Positions 27,037 through 35,018 of a stretch of DNA of 37,034 nucleotides are shown piece by piece. Position 1 is the first letter of the stretch. The number at the start of each line of letters is the position of its first letter. This stretch comes from Candidatus Poseidoniaceae archaeon. GTDB lineage: Archaea; Thermoplasmatota; Poseidoniia; Poseidoniales; Poseidoniaceae. Where the stretch lies: NCBI GenBank assembly GCA_028822955.1, contig JAPKCL010000001.1, positions 1 to 37,034 on the forward strand, in the 5' to 3' direction. The notes under the pieces were generated by a model. That model worked only from the letters and a program-made list of their open reading frames with translations, did no database searches and had not been told where the DNA came from. The position numbers and the translations under genes were made by a program.

Positions 27037-27990
27037 TCACTGATACAAGGTGCCCGCGTTGACAATCGGCGTCGTATCTGTCTCTGAACAGAGTACAACG
27101 AGTAGGTTACTGACCATCGAGGCTTTTTTGTCTTCATCCAATACGATGATGTTCTTCGCACTGAGTTGCTCAAGGGCAAGTTCGACCATGCCAACTGCTC
27201 CTTTGACAATCTCTGTGCGTGCTGCAACAACTGCGCTTGCTTGCTGGCGACGAAGCATAGCCTGTGCGATCTCTTGGGAGTAAGCAAGGTGGCTAATACG
27301 TGCTTCAAGAACTTGAATTCCTGCTCGCTTTAGACGGGCTTCGATTGAAAGTTGTAGCTCTTGGGCAATCAGTTCTTGATGGCTCGAAAGTGCGATACCT
27401 CCCACATCCTTGTCTTCGATAATATCGTAAGGATATTTCGTTGCCATAGCGCGCAATGCTGCTTCACTTTGAATTTGGACATAATCACGGTAGTTGTCGA
27501 CTTCAAACAATGCTTCAGCGGTATCGACAACTTTCCAGACGACGACTGCGCCGATTTCAATTGGGTTTGCATTGACATCGTTAACCTTGAGTTTTGTAGA
27601 TTCAAAGTTGCGGATTCGAAGAGATATCTTCTGCTTTTCAAACAGCGGATTGAGGAGGTAATGGAAACCTTCATCGTCGACGGTTCCGGCATATTTGCCG
27701 AAAAATTGCAGTGCGACTCCTTCGTTAGGATTGACGATGAGATAACTGTTGAACATCATGAACCAAGCAAGACCGATGGTGATTTGAAGAAGAATTCCAA
27801 GGGCGAATCCGAATCCCCCGAACGCATAGAGGATGAAGGTGGCGAAGAAAAGAAGTGGCACTCCTAAGATGTGAATGCCGAGGCCGGCAAAACCGCTGAT
27901 GGTGGTTTTTTCTACATCCTTGAACATGATTTCATCCAATCTTGGCTCGGCAATTTTTTGTGATGGCGTTGCTTGCATGACTCTCTCCAT
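27037..27990 (-). CDS. SPFH/band-7 (stomatin/prohibitin-like) domain membrane protein
   Basis: N-terminal double hydrophobic region followed by an SPFH-like core ([46 protein letters not shown]). The C-terminal part is A/Q-rich and helical ([19 protein letters not shown]). Confidence 0.8.
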   Translation of the reverse strand: MERVMQATPSQKIAEPRLDEIMFKDVEKTTISGFAGLGIHILGVPLLFFATFILYAFGGFGFALGILLQITIGLAWFMMFNSYLIVNPNEGVALQFFGKYAGTVDDEGFHYLLNPLFEKQKISLRIRNFESTKLKVNDVNANPIEIGAVVVWKVVDTAEALFEVDNYRDYVQIQSEAALRAMATKYPYDIIEDKDVGGIALSSHQELIAQELQLSIEARLKRAGIQVLEARISHLAYSQEIAQAMLRRQQASAVVAARTEIVKGAVGMVELALEQLSAKNIIVLDEDKKASMVSNLLVVLCSETDTTPIVNAGTLYQ

Positions 27991-28071
27991 TCAATGCTAT
28001 CATAGTGATATCATAAAGATATCGTATAAATGAGGCCGTTCTGTTTAATATCTCGGCTGGGTGGACAATTT
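27991..28071. promoter_or_regulatory. Divergent AT-rich promoter region with clustered palindromes
   Basis: CTATCATAG (27997-28005), TGATATCA (28006-28013), GATATC (28018-28023), TATAAA-like GTATAAA (28024-28030), AATATC (28047-28052) and GGTGG (SD for the + gene, about 28060-28065). Confidence 0.4.
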
Positions 28072-28533
28072 ATGGCAAACAAGCCCGTTTTAATCGTTGG
28101 TGGAATCTGTATCGTACTCGCAATTGCATCTTTTGGTATTGCGGGGTCAAGTTGGTCAGATGCCACAGATGAGTTTGAAAACAGTGATGATATGGAGGCG
28201 TTCACAATAGGCCCAGATAACTCGTTTACCTACACATATACTGATGAAAATGGATTGGGTTCTAGTGGATTCCTAGGTACGCTTGGAGCCTGTTGCTGCG
28301 GACTCAGGGGCATCTTACTTCTCGTTGGGGCCTTGACTGGTGGAGCACCGAAACCTATGGTTGTGTACATACCGCAACAAGGAATGCAACAGCAAGGCAT
28401 GATGCCGCAACAACAAATGGGACAAATGCCAGTTCAACAGCCACAATATGCTGTCGGGACTGATATCGATTCCAGTAGTGTGGCGGATACCCCGGTCACT
28501 GTAGATGATTCAACATCGAGTGTCTGGGACTAA
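28072..28533 (+). CDS. Membrane protein with Q/M-rich low-complexity tail
   Basis: MANKPVLIVGGICIVLAIASFGIAG N-terminal anchor, a second TM (GILLLVGALTGG), then QQGMQQQGMMPQQQMGQMPVQQPQ. The ORF extends to an ATG at 28030, but the ATG at 28072 has a GGTGG SD, so I prefer it. Confidence 0.55.
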   Translation: MANKPVLIVGGICIVLAIASFGIAGSSWSDATDEFENSDDMEAFTIGPDNSFTYTYTDENGLGSSGFLGTLGACCCGLRGILLLVGALTGGAPKPMVVYIPQQGMQQQGMMPQQQMGQMPVQQPQYAVGTDIDSSSVADTPVTVDDSTSSVWD

Positions 28534-28543
28534 CTGTGGTGCA

Positions 28544-29614
28544 TCACCGGTCACGAAGCGCCCTGAGCTTATCTTGCAAGGCGGTTTTTCGCTCATCTTT
28601 CTTTTCGCTCTTGTGCCCGTGTTTCATGCGACGTTCAAACATAGAATGTTCCCATAGTCGGATTTCTCCATTTTCAAAACCGAGAGCCAAGCGAGTTGAA
28701 TCTGACGCAATCGATTCACAGCGAGGGCTCTGAGTCGAAACCAAAAGTTCCCCTGAATCGATGTTTCGAATCTCAATTACTCCTTGTGAGCCCGACCATC
28801 GGCCAACCCAGTGAGTTTGATGGCCCTGAAATGAAAAGCCTCCTGATTGGACGGCGACGGGGTCTCCAACTGCAGACCATGCTTCGACTTTGCCGTTTCT
28901 TGAAATGAGAGTACCGTCTTCCAATGCCGCCACATAGCCTTCGGAGGTTGCATAAAGAAGTTCGATGGCACTTTGTTCAGAAGAGATTACTTTGCCTTTC
29001 TGATTCGACACTGCGCCGTTGGCGTGGCCGAAAAGCATGTCAGAGGGGGTGGTTGAACCACAAGTGATCGGGGAATCGGTTTTGACGGCATTATGAGTGA
29101 TAACTCCTTGAGCGTCAAGAGCTGAAAAACCACATTTAGGCCGGCCCAATCCGAAATATAATTTTCCTTTGAATTCTTGAATGGTCCATGGCCGTTCATC
29201 CATTCGCTGAATCCAGTTCATCGTACCATCAAATGAAAAGTTCCAAACGGCTGATTCAAGAAAATCATTATGTTCAATATCGTAGACCGATGATACTGCA
29301 TACAAGTATTCCTCGAAGACATAGAGCGAATCTGCACTGCCCTCTAAGGCATGACTCCATCTCTGGGTGCCTGTTGCCGCTTCAAGACAAACGACATGGA
29401 GGCCAGCGGTTGCAAAGACTGAATCTCCGTGAATGGCAAGAACGGTGATTCTGTCCGGTAGTGTTGCCGTCCATACCAGCTCTCCTTCAGCATCCCAGTG
29501 TTTGAGGTTACCATTCCACCCTCCGGCGAAAATCCCTCCTTCTTGCTCAAGATGAACCGCAGAAACGGATTCGCCAAGAGACCGCGTCATCCATGCCGAG
29601 GCGAAGAGGTCCAT
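28544..29614 (-). CDS. PQQ-like/WD40-like beta-propeller repeat protein with basic C-terminal tail
   Basis: Repeated G-x-hydrophobic-x-A/L-x-D..G...W blades (GGWNGNLKHWDAEGELVW, VCLEAATGTQRW, FENGEIRLWE). No signal peptide. C-terminal tail KHGHKSEKKDERKTALQDKLRALRDR. Confidence 0.7.
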   Translation of the reverse strand: MDLFASAWMTRSLGESVSAVHLEQEGGIFAGGWNGNLKHWDAEGELVWTATLPDRITVLAIHGDSVFATAGLHVVCLEAATGTQRWSHALEGSADSLYVFEEYLYAVSSVYDIEHNDFLESAVWNFSFDGTMNWIQRMDERPWTIQEFKGKLYFGLGRPKCGFSALDAQGVITHNAVKTDSPITCGSTTPSDMLFGHANGAVSNQKGKVISSEQSAIELLYATSEGYVAALEDGTLISRNGKVEAWSAVGDPVAVQSGGFSFQGHQTHWVGRWSGSQGVIEIRNIDSGELLVSTQSPRCESIASDSTRLALGFENGEIRLWEHSMFERRMKHGHKSEKKDERKTALQDKLRALRDR

Positions 29615-29661
29615 GACGCCCTGTTGGGCTGAGCCCCCTTAAGTTGGATGGGGTGCATGGG

Positions 29662-30603
29662 TCACAATTGTCCATTTGAGGGGGTGTTCTCTCCCACCAT
29701 GATATGGCGTTTAGGCACGGCAAAGGTAAGGAGGAATGCGACGATTCCAAAGCAACATGCAGTGTAATAATGGCCCATTCCGAAAAACGAAAGTGATGCT
29801 GCCGTTCTTAGAATAGCGATTGAGCCGGTTTTCATTGCCCATAATGTGAATCCTGTAGCAATCAAAGCAAGGCCAATGAAAGCAAAACCGATGGTGATGT
29901 AAATGCTTGAAGCACCGGAATCCATCAGTGGATGGTCCATTTGTTCTGGCGTCATGTCAATGGTTCGTATCTCGCATTCATCGGCTCCATTCGTACAGGG
30001 CTGGGTAGCGAAATCTTCGGGTGAAGGGACTGTGAAATCGATGGTTGTGAAGCCAATTGGTTCAATCATTGCAGGTGGTGAGAGCAGCACTCGGTTGGAA
30101 TATACGTCGCGGTGCTCGTCACGCTCAACAATGATGTCAACACGTGTTAAACCGGGGTCAAGCCGTTCAAATTCAAATGAGCCATCGGCTTTTGTCAGAA
30201 TTTCTGTTGAATTCCAAATCCCATCATCGTCCCAAGAGAGGTAAAGAGTAGCGTTCTCTAAAGGCTGGTCTTCATGATCATAGACGACGCCTCGAAAAGT
30301 AGCTGTTTCATCTGGTGCTGTCAAAGAAAGACGATAGACGAATTCATCGGGCCGGACAAGACCAGCGTCTGGTGATGCATAATCGACTCCATTAAGGAAA
30401 CCAAGAAGGCAGATGAATAATAAAAATACGCCGATTGCTTGACCCATTGGATGCATGATTGGGTCGGGCATTGTGAGAATGGTTGTTGATGAGGCGAAGG
30501 TGAGTTCTCCTTTTGGCTCAGATAGCCCAGTTAATTCATCGATGTAATCGTCCGCTACGATAATTGGTTCGCTGGTAGAAGTGTCTCCTTCCAACTCGGC
30601 CAT
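29662..30603 (-). CDS. Membrane protein with extracytoplasmic carboxypeptidase-regulatory-like (Ig-like beta-sandwich) domain
   Basis: TM segment near residue 55 (AIGVFLLFICLLGF). Then FRGVVYDHEDQPLENATLYLSWDD...TKADGSFEFERLDPG, typical of CarboxypepD_reg-like folds. Three C-terminal TM segments follow. Confidence 0.6.
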   Translation of the reverse strand: MAELEGDTSTSEPIIVADDYIDELTGLSEPKGELTFASSTTILTMPDPIMHPMGQAIGVFLLFICLLGFLNGVDYASPDAGLVRPDEFVYRLSLTAPDETATFRGVVYDHEDQPLENATLYLSWDDDGIWNSTEILTKADGSFEFERLDPGLTRVDIIVERDEHRDVYSNRVLLSPPAMIEPIGFTTIDFTVPSPEDFATQPCTNGADECEIRTIDMTPEQMDHPLMDSGASSIYITIGFAFIGLALIATGFTLWAMKTGSIAILRTAASLSFFGMGHYYTACCFGIVAFLLTFAVPKRHIMVGENTPSNGQL

Positions 30604-30623
30604 GCTTTGCGTAGAACACCGTC

Positions 30624-32057
30624 CTACTTCACTTCAATGCGGTGTTTTGAGTGTGCGAGCAATCTTGCCAAAGCATGCTCATGTATCCAAACACGTAATT
30701 CCACGATACCATCGTCGTGATTGATGCGGCCTGCGACCAATCCAGCATCGTATACATCGGAAACTAAACCTTCTACTGCCCGGCCACCTTCTGCAGGAAC
30801 TGGGAGGAGAAACAAGTCCATAGGTGGGCCGAAAAGATGGAGAAGTATTGTATCCTTGAGTTCCTGCATACCTTCTCCAGAATGGGCTGAAATAAGGATT
30901 GGTTCAGGCAAACCGAGTGCGGCTACTGTTGCAATCCCTTCCTCTTTTTGGGCATCTGTAGCCTGGTCGCACTTGGTCAAAACGGTTACAACGTGGTTGA
31001 CTACGGACGTATCGACAGACTTCCATGGGAATTCTTCATCGATTTCTTCACCGTAAAAGCGAGTGAATACTTCGCTGCGTGAAGTGAACAATTTACGTTC
31101 TAATTCCTCGGGATTGTCACTTACATCTGCTAAAATAAGTAACAAATCGCTTTCCAAGGCTTCTGCTAATGTAGCGCGAAAGGCGTCGAGGGTCGTGCTT
31201 GGAAGGTGGTCGATGAAACCAATTGTGTCGGCTAAAAGAACCCGAGGACTGTCTTCCATCCTGCCGATTACCGTCTCTAAAGTCGAGAATAATTTATCCT
31301 TCACGAGCACTTCTTTACCCGAAAGAGAAAGAAAGAGGCTTGACTTTCCAGCATTGGTGTAGCCTGCTAAACCAACCGTCATAGCCCCGCCACGAGAACG
31401 TTGCTTTCTTCGCTCGGATTGAGCAACGGCATGTTTTTTCTGGCGTTTGCGTAGATGTGAAAGTTCTCGATTCATGTTATCGATGATCCCCTGTAATGCT
31501 GTGATACCGCCACCTCCATACCCCGCTCTTTCGCCCGTTGTTTCTTGATTTGCAAGTTCACGTAGAACGGTTCGGTCACTCTGCATACGCGCAATACGCA
31601 CTTGGGTTCTCGCTTCAAGTGAGGAGGCATGGGAAGTAAACAGGGAGAGTAACAAGCGTACTCGGTCCCAAACCTCCACCCCTACCGCTTCACTCACTCC
31701 GACTAATTGTCGAGGTGAAGCGTTGGTGTGTATCAGTACCAAATCGACATTTTGCCATGGATGATTTGGCAAGGTACGTGAAGTGAGTTCATCGGCGACA
31801 TCTTGTAACCGACCTTTTCCAAAATAACCTCGGGCATCGATATGCCCTGGTTGGTAAAGCGTTTCGACAATCGTAATGCCCATTGTACCTACTAAGGAGA
31901 TGAATTCCAAAGTGTCTTCATCTCCGCGAACCAAGAGTATTGCTTTCCGTCCTTCGTGGTTTGTTCGCGCCTCGCCAAGGTTGACACCCCCGGTTCCGGC
32001 AAGTACAGAAAACTCATCACCGCCCTTCGCCATGGTTCTGCGACGAGTCATCCTCAT
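30624..32057 (-). CDS. hflX: GTPase HflX
   Basis: G1 GLAGYTNAGKSSLF, G3 DTIGFI, G4 TKCD, and an HflX N-terminal domain with ERRKQRSR-type linker. M3 or M9 are possible alternative starts. Confidence 0.9.
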   Translation of the reverse strand: MRMTRRRTMAKGGDEFSVLAGTGGVNLGEARTNHEGRKAILLVRGDEDTLEFISLVGTMGITIVETLYQPGHIDARGYFGKGRLQDVADELTSRTLPNHPWQNVDLVLIHTNASPRQLVGVSEAVGVEVWDRVRLLLSLFTSHASSLEARTQVRIARMQSDRTVLRELANQETTGERAGYGGGGITALQGIIDNMNRELSHLRKRQKKHAVAQSERRKQRSRGGAMTVGLAGYTNAGKSSLFLSLSGKEVLVKDKLFSTLETVIGRMEDSPRVLLADTIGFIDHLPSTTLDAFRATLAEALESDLLLILADVSDNPEELERKLFTSRSEVFTRFYGEEIDEEFPWKSVDTSVVNHVVTVLTKCDQATDAQKEEGIATVAALGLPEPILISAHSGEGMQELKDTILLHLFGPPMDLFLLPVPAEGGRAVEGLVSDVYDAGLVAGRINHDDGIVELRVWIHEHALARLLAHSKHRIEVK

Positions 32058-32081
32058 AATAGCCCACCTCTACCAGTTGAC

Positions 32082-32303
32082 ATGAGCGAGTTGCATGAAG
32101 CAACAATTGAATGGACTGGAGAGGCTAAACTCGCTCCCCTTTTTCTTGTAGCCGCTCAGCAATCAAATTGCGAAGTAAGTTCACTTGAAAAAAGCGGTGA
32201 AGTTCATCTTACGGTGAAAATTCAACACTCAAGTCTGCAATCTTTACGGGATATAGTCGATGCTTTGCTGATCGATTTTGCAGATATTGAAGAAGCCGTT
32301 TAG
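32082..32303 (+). CDS. Small protein, possible KEOPS subunit Pcc1-like (73 aa)
   Basis: I used the internal ATG at 32082 of ORF 31956..32303, because the upstream part is antisense to hflX. The C-terminal pattern VHLTVKIQHSSLQSLRDIVDALLIDFADIEEAV resembles the Pcc1/CTAG motif (..I.A.D..ALR...NS.L......IE). This is pattern match only. Confidence 0.45.
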   Translation: MSELHEATIEWTGEAKLAPLFLVAAQQSNCEVSSLEKSGEVHLTVKIQHSSLQSLRDIVDALLIDFADIEEAV

Positions 32304-33079
32304 AGTTTCAAATCCAAGATGACTGGCGCATGGTCAGAAACATCAATGCCGCCTTGCCGTTCGATGCTGACATTTTCAACCAGCGCTGCTGCCGCTGCAT
32401 TGAGGAGGAAATAATCGATTCGCCAACCTCGATTCAGGGCTCGGGCTTGTCCACGGTTTGACCACCATGAATAGATTTTTTCTCCATCCCCTACATGCTC
32501 TCGAAACGCATCAGTCCATCCATCTGCAAGAAGATGGGTGAACCATTCTCGTTCATGTGGTAGAAATCCACTTGATTTTGCATTGCCTTTTGCGTTCCAA
32601 ATATCGTCTTCGGTATGAGCGACATTGAGGTCGCCGCAAACAATAACTGGTTGTTTCGAGGTGAGGTAAGGGGTAAGGAAAGTACGCCATTCAGCCATCC
32701 ATGCATCTTTGAATTCTTGTCGTTCTTGTTTGTTCGAACCACTTGGCAAATAGGTATTGATGCAAGTGAATCCTTGGTGCTCCGTTACTAAAATCCGCCC
32801 CTCAGTATCGCCTTTGTCAACGGTGCCATTCATGCCTGTTTCGATGCTCGTAAACTCGGAACGGGAAAGGGTGGCTACGCCCGAGTAGCCTTTCTTTTCA
32901 GCACAATGCAGATGGGTCTGGTAACCTTCTGGCCAATTCCAATCCTTTGGTAATTGTTCAGGGAGTGCGCGTACTTCTTGGAGCATGATGATGTCTGCAT
33001 CAAAGGCCTCAAAATAATCATCAATTCCTTTTCTGATTGCGGCACGGATGCCGTTGACGTTCCATGAAACGAAGCGCAT
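32300..33079 (-). CDS. xth: Exodeoxyribonuclease III / AP endonuclease
   Basis: MRFVSWNVNGIRAA, IIMLQEV, VCGDLNVAH and DVSDHAPV motifs. The ORF-track start at 33115 is TTG. The ATG at 33079 gives the canonical ExoIII N-terminus. Confidence 0.9.
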   Translation of the reverse strand: MRFVSWNVNGIRAAIRKGIDDYFEAFDADIIMLQEVRALPEQLPKDWNWPEGYQTHLHCAEKKGYSGVATLSRSEFTSIETGMNGTVDKGDTEGRILVTEHQGFTCINTYLPSGSNKQERQEFKDAWMAEWRTFLTPYLTSKQPVIVCGDLNVAHTEDDIWNAKGNAKSSGFLPHEREWFTHLLADGWTDAFREHVGDGEKIYSWWSNRGQARALNRGWRIDYFLLNAAAAALVENVSIERQGGIDVSDHAPVILDLKL

Positions 33080-33111
33080 AATCCGTCCATTGGTTGGAGG
33101 TGGATAAGTGT

Positions 33112-34254
33112 TCAAGGTTTGGCTGCTGTAATACTTCTACCCGCCAAGCGGCCCGATGAGATTGCTCCATCGGCCAATATGTGCTCTCCTTCGACCCAAG
33201 CTCCGGCAAAAAGCACACCGAGGTCGGCCATCGCTTGTTGGGGTATTCGAGAGGAGTCCGTATCGTGAACCGTGATTTTCGATTGTTCAGAATGATGAAC
33301 AATATGTTCTTGCCAGCCGCTGGCTCTCTTGTCAAGGAAAGATTTGAGCGAGGCGAGGCGTTCATCTGCTGAAGCATATCGTGTTTCACCCGGGTCTGTT
33401 TCAAGGCCTCCAATGGCGATGGCAGAAAGGTGACTGCCTTCACGCCCTAGTCGCGGTTGAATCGCTCGATAATCGAGAATAATACGCTGGTGGGGTGTAT
33501 CGATAACTGCGTGTTTTCCAGAAAGAGATTTTGAATCCAAGCCGACTTCAACGAAACTCGCCGTGATTCGTTCGAGGGATGAAAACAAATCTGTGGCCCG
33601 TTGTTCATCCAGTGTTCGAGTGATTTTTCGGGCAGCAGATGGGCCGCATGCTAGAACGATGACGTCGGTCTCGATTTCTCTACCGTCAGCAAGAGTCGCT
33701 TTACCTGGCTCAATTCGTTGTACTTCGGGGCCACATTCGATGAAGACGCCTACCTCATCCAATGCAGCAGCAAGCCGTCCAATCATTCCCGCCCAGCCTT
33801 CATTTGAAACCAGGAGGTGATTTTTTTGCAACCCTGTATATCGAAGGTCGCTCAGTCCACCCCCCCATGATGAAAGGAGTTTACACCCCTCTACTAGGGG
33901 CTCATCACTGTTTGCATCGCGTAAAATTCGTTTATTGGTCACTGAAGTTTTGATATCATCCAAGGGTCGAACGATTCCCTGCCCGATGATTTCGGTACGA
34001 TCGAGACGAAGCGGGGTCGCGGCGAGTTTGACTCGGCTTAATTTCCGAACAAGGTCGTGGAACGGACCTTTCTTGAGAAAAAGGTGGGGTCCAAATCCAA
34101 CTGGGAAATCATCAAGGTTCTGCGTTGTACCTCGACCGCCAATTCTCGAAGAGCGCTCAAGAACGACGACATGGTGGCCTGCTGTTGTTGCTTCGAGTGC
34201 ACAGGCGAGACCCGCTAGTCCGGCGCCAACCACCAAGACTCGCACCATGTCCAT
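33112..34254 (-). CDS. FAD/NAD(P)-dependent oxidoreductase (amine oxidase / phytoene desaturase-like family)
   Basis: Rossmann dinucleotide motif VLVVGAGLAGLACALE...VVVLERSSRIGGR and a C-terminal FAD motif LFAGAWV. GGAAGGAG lies 8 nt upstream of the ATG at 34254. The ORF track begins at a GTG at 34263. Confidence 0.75.
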   Translation of the reverse strand: MDMVRVLVVGAGLAGLACALEATTAGHHVVVLERSSRIGGRGTTQNLDDFPVGFGPHLFLKKGPFHDLVRKLSRVKLAATPLRLDRTEIIGQGIVRPLDDIKTSVTNKRILRDANSDEPLVEGCKLLSSWGGGLSDLRYTGLQKNHLLVSNEGWAGMIGRLAAALDEVGVFIECGPEVQRIEPGKATLADGREIETDVIVLACGPSAARKITRTLDEQRATDLFSSLERITASFVEVGLDSKSLSGKHAVIDTPHQRIILDYRAIQPRLGREGSHLSAIAIGGLETDPGETRYASADERLASLKSFLDKRASGWQEHIVHHSEQSKITVHDTDSSRIPQQAMADLGVLFAGAWVEGEHILADGAISSGRLAGRSITAAKP

Positions 34255-34351
34255 CGGTTGCACTCCTTCCCCATCAACCCATTCTTCTACACTTTTAGTG
34301 CGACATGTTCAAGGTTATTCGACCAGCACAGGAGAAAATACAGGTGAAGGT

Positions 34352-34951
34352 ATGGATGAACAACCACTCGTGATCGATGTCGTTGATAATGGCGGACAAT
34401 GGACTCACAGAGAGTGGAGAATGCTTCGCTACCTCAAGGTCGATACCAAGATTATCGAGAATACTACGCCAATTGAAGACGTACGCAAGGTCGATGGAGT
34501 CATTCTCTCGGGTGGGGCGGCAAGAGTTGGCCTGACCGGAGAACTTGGAAATTGCGGAGCCTATCTCAAACTTGATGTTCCCGTTCTCGGCATTTGCGCC
34601 GGTCATCAATTCATGGCCCGTTTTTACGGCGGAGATGCACGCGAGTCTCCTGAACCAGAGTTTGGAGCAATGCAAATCGAGTTACAAAATGAAGGTGGGG
34701 AAATATTTGCCAACACCGCCCCCTCTCAAACTGTTTGGGAGTCGCATAATGATGAAGTCCACGTTGTTCCTGAAGGTTTTTTCATTACTGCAAGCAGTCC
34801 TTCGTGCAAGGTTCAAGGCATGGAAAATGAAAAAGGAGACCGGTTTGGATTACAATTCCATCCCGAAGTTAACGATTCAGAATTTGGCAAGGAAATGTTT
34901 GAGAATTTCGTTGAAATTTGCCGTAAAGCAAAAAGTGCAAAGAGTGAATAG
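34352..34951 (+). CDS. guaA: GMP synthase (glutamine-hydrolysing) subunit A, class I glutamine amidotransferase
   Basis: VIDVVDNGGQWTHREWRMLRYL, catalytic LGICAGHQ and LQFHPEV. The stand-alone GATase of about 199 aa is typical of archaea. The ATG at 34352 is preceded by GGTGAAGG. The longer ORF-track start at 33935 lies antisense inside the FAD oxidoreductase gene. Confidence 0.9.
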   Translation: MDEQPLVIDVVDNGGQWTHREWRMLRYLKVDTKIIENTTPIEDVRKVDGVILSGGAARVGLTGELGNCGAYLKLDVPVLGICAGHQFMARFYGGDARESPEPEFGAMQIELQNEGGEIFANTAPSQTVWESHNDEVHVVPEGFFITASSPSCKVQGMENEKGDRFGLQFHPEVNDSEFGKEMFENFVEICRKAKSAKSE

Positions 34952-35018
34952 AAATATTCCAACGCCACGGATTTTGTCCGCCAATACCTTGATACCCTCG
35001 CAGGCATTCGGTTTTATC

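Noticed and set aside
27024-27308. 94-aa minus-strand ORF overlapping the 3' end of the SPFH gene, along with 27361..27867 (+) and 27369..27692 (-).
   Set aside because: These are alternative-frame or antisense ORFs embedded in the SPFH coding region and show no recognisable features.
33935-34351. N-terminal 139-aa extension of the guaA ORF, as the ORF track reports 33935..34951.
   Set aside because: The extension runs antisense through the 5' part of the FAD oxidoreductase gene and is Arg/Ser/Pro/Thr-rich. The canonical GATase N-terminus begins at the ATG at 34352, which has a GGTGAAGG SD.
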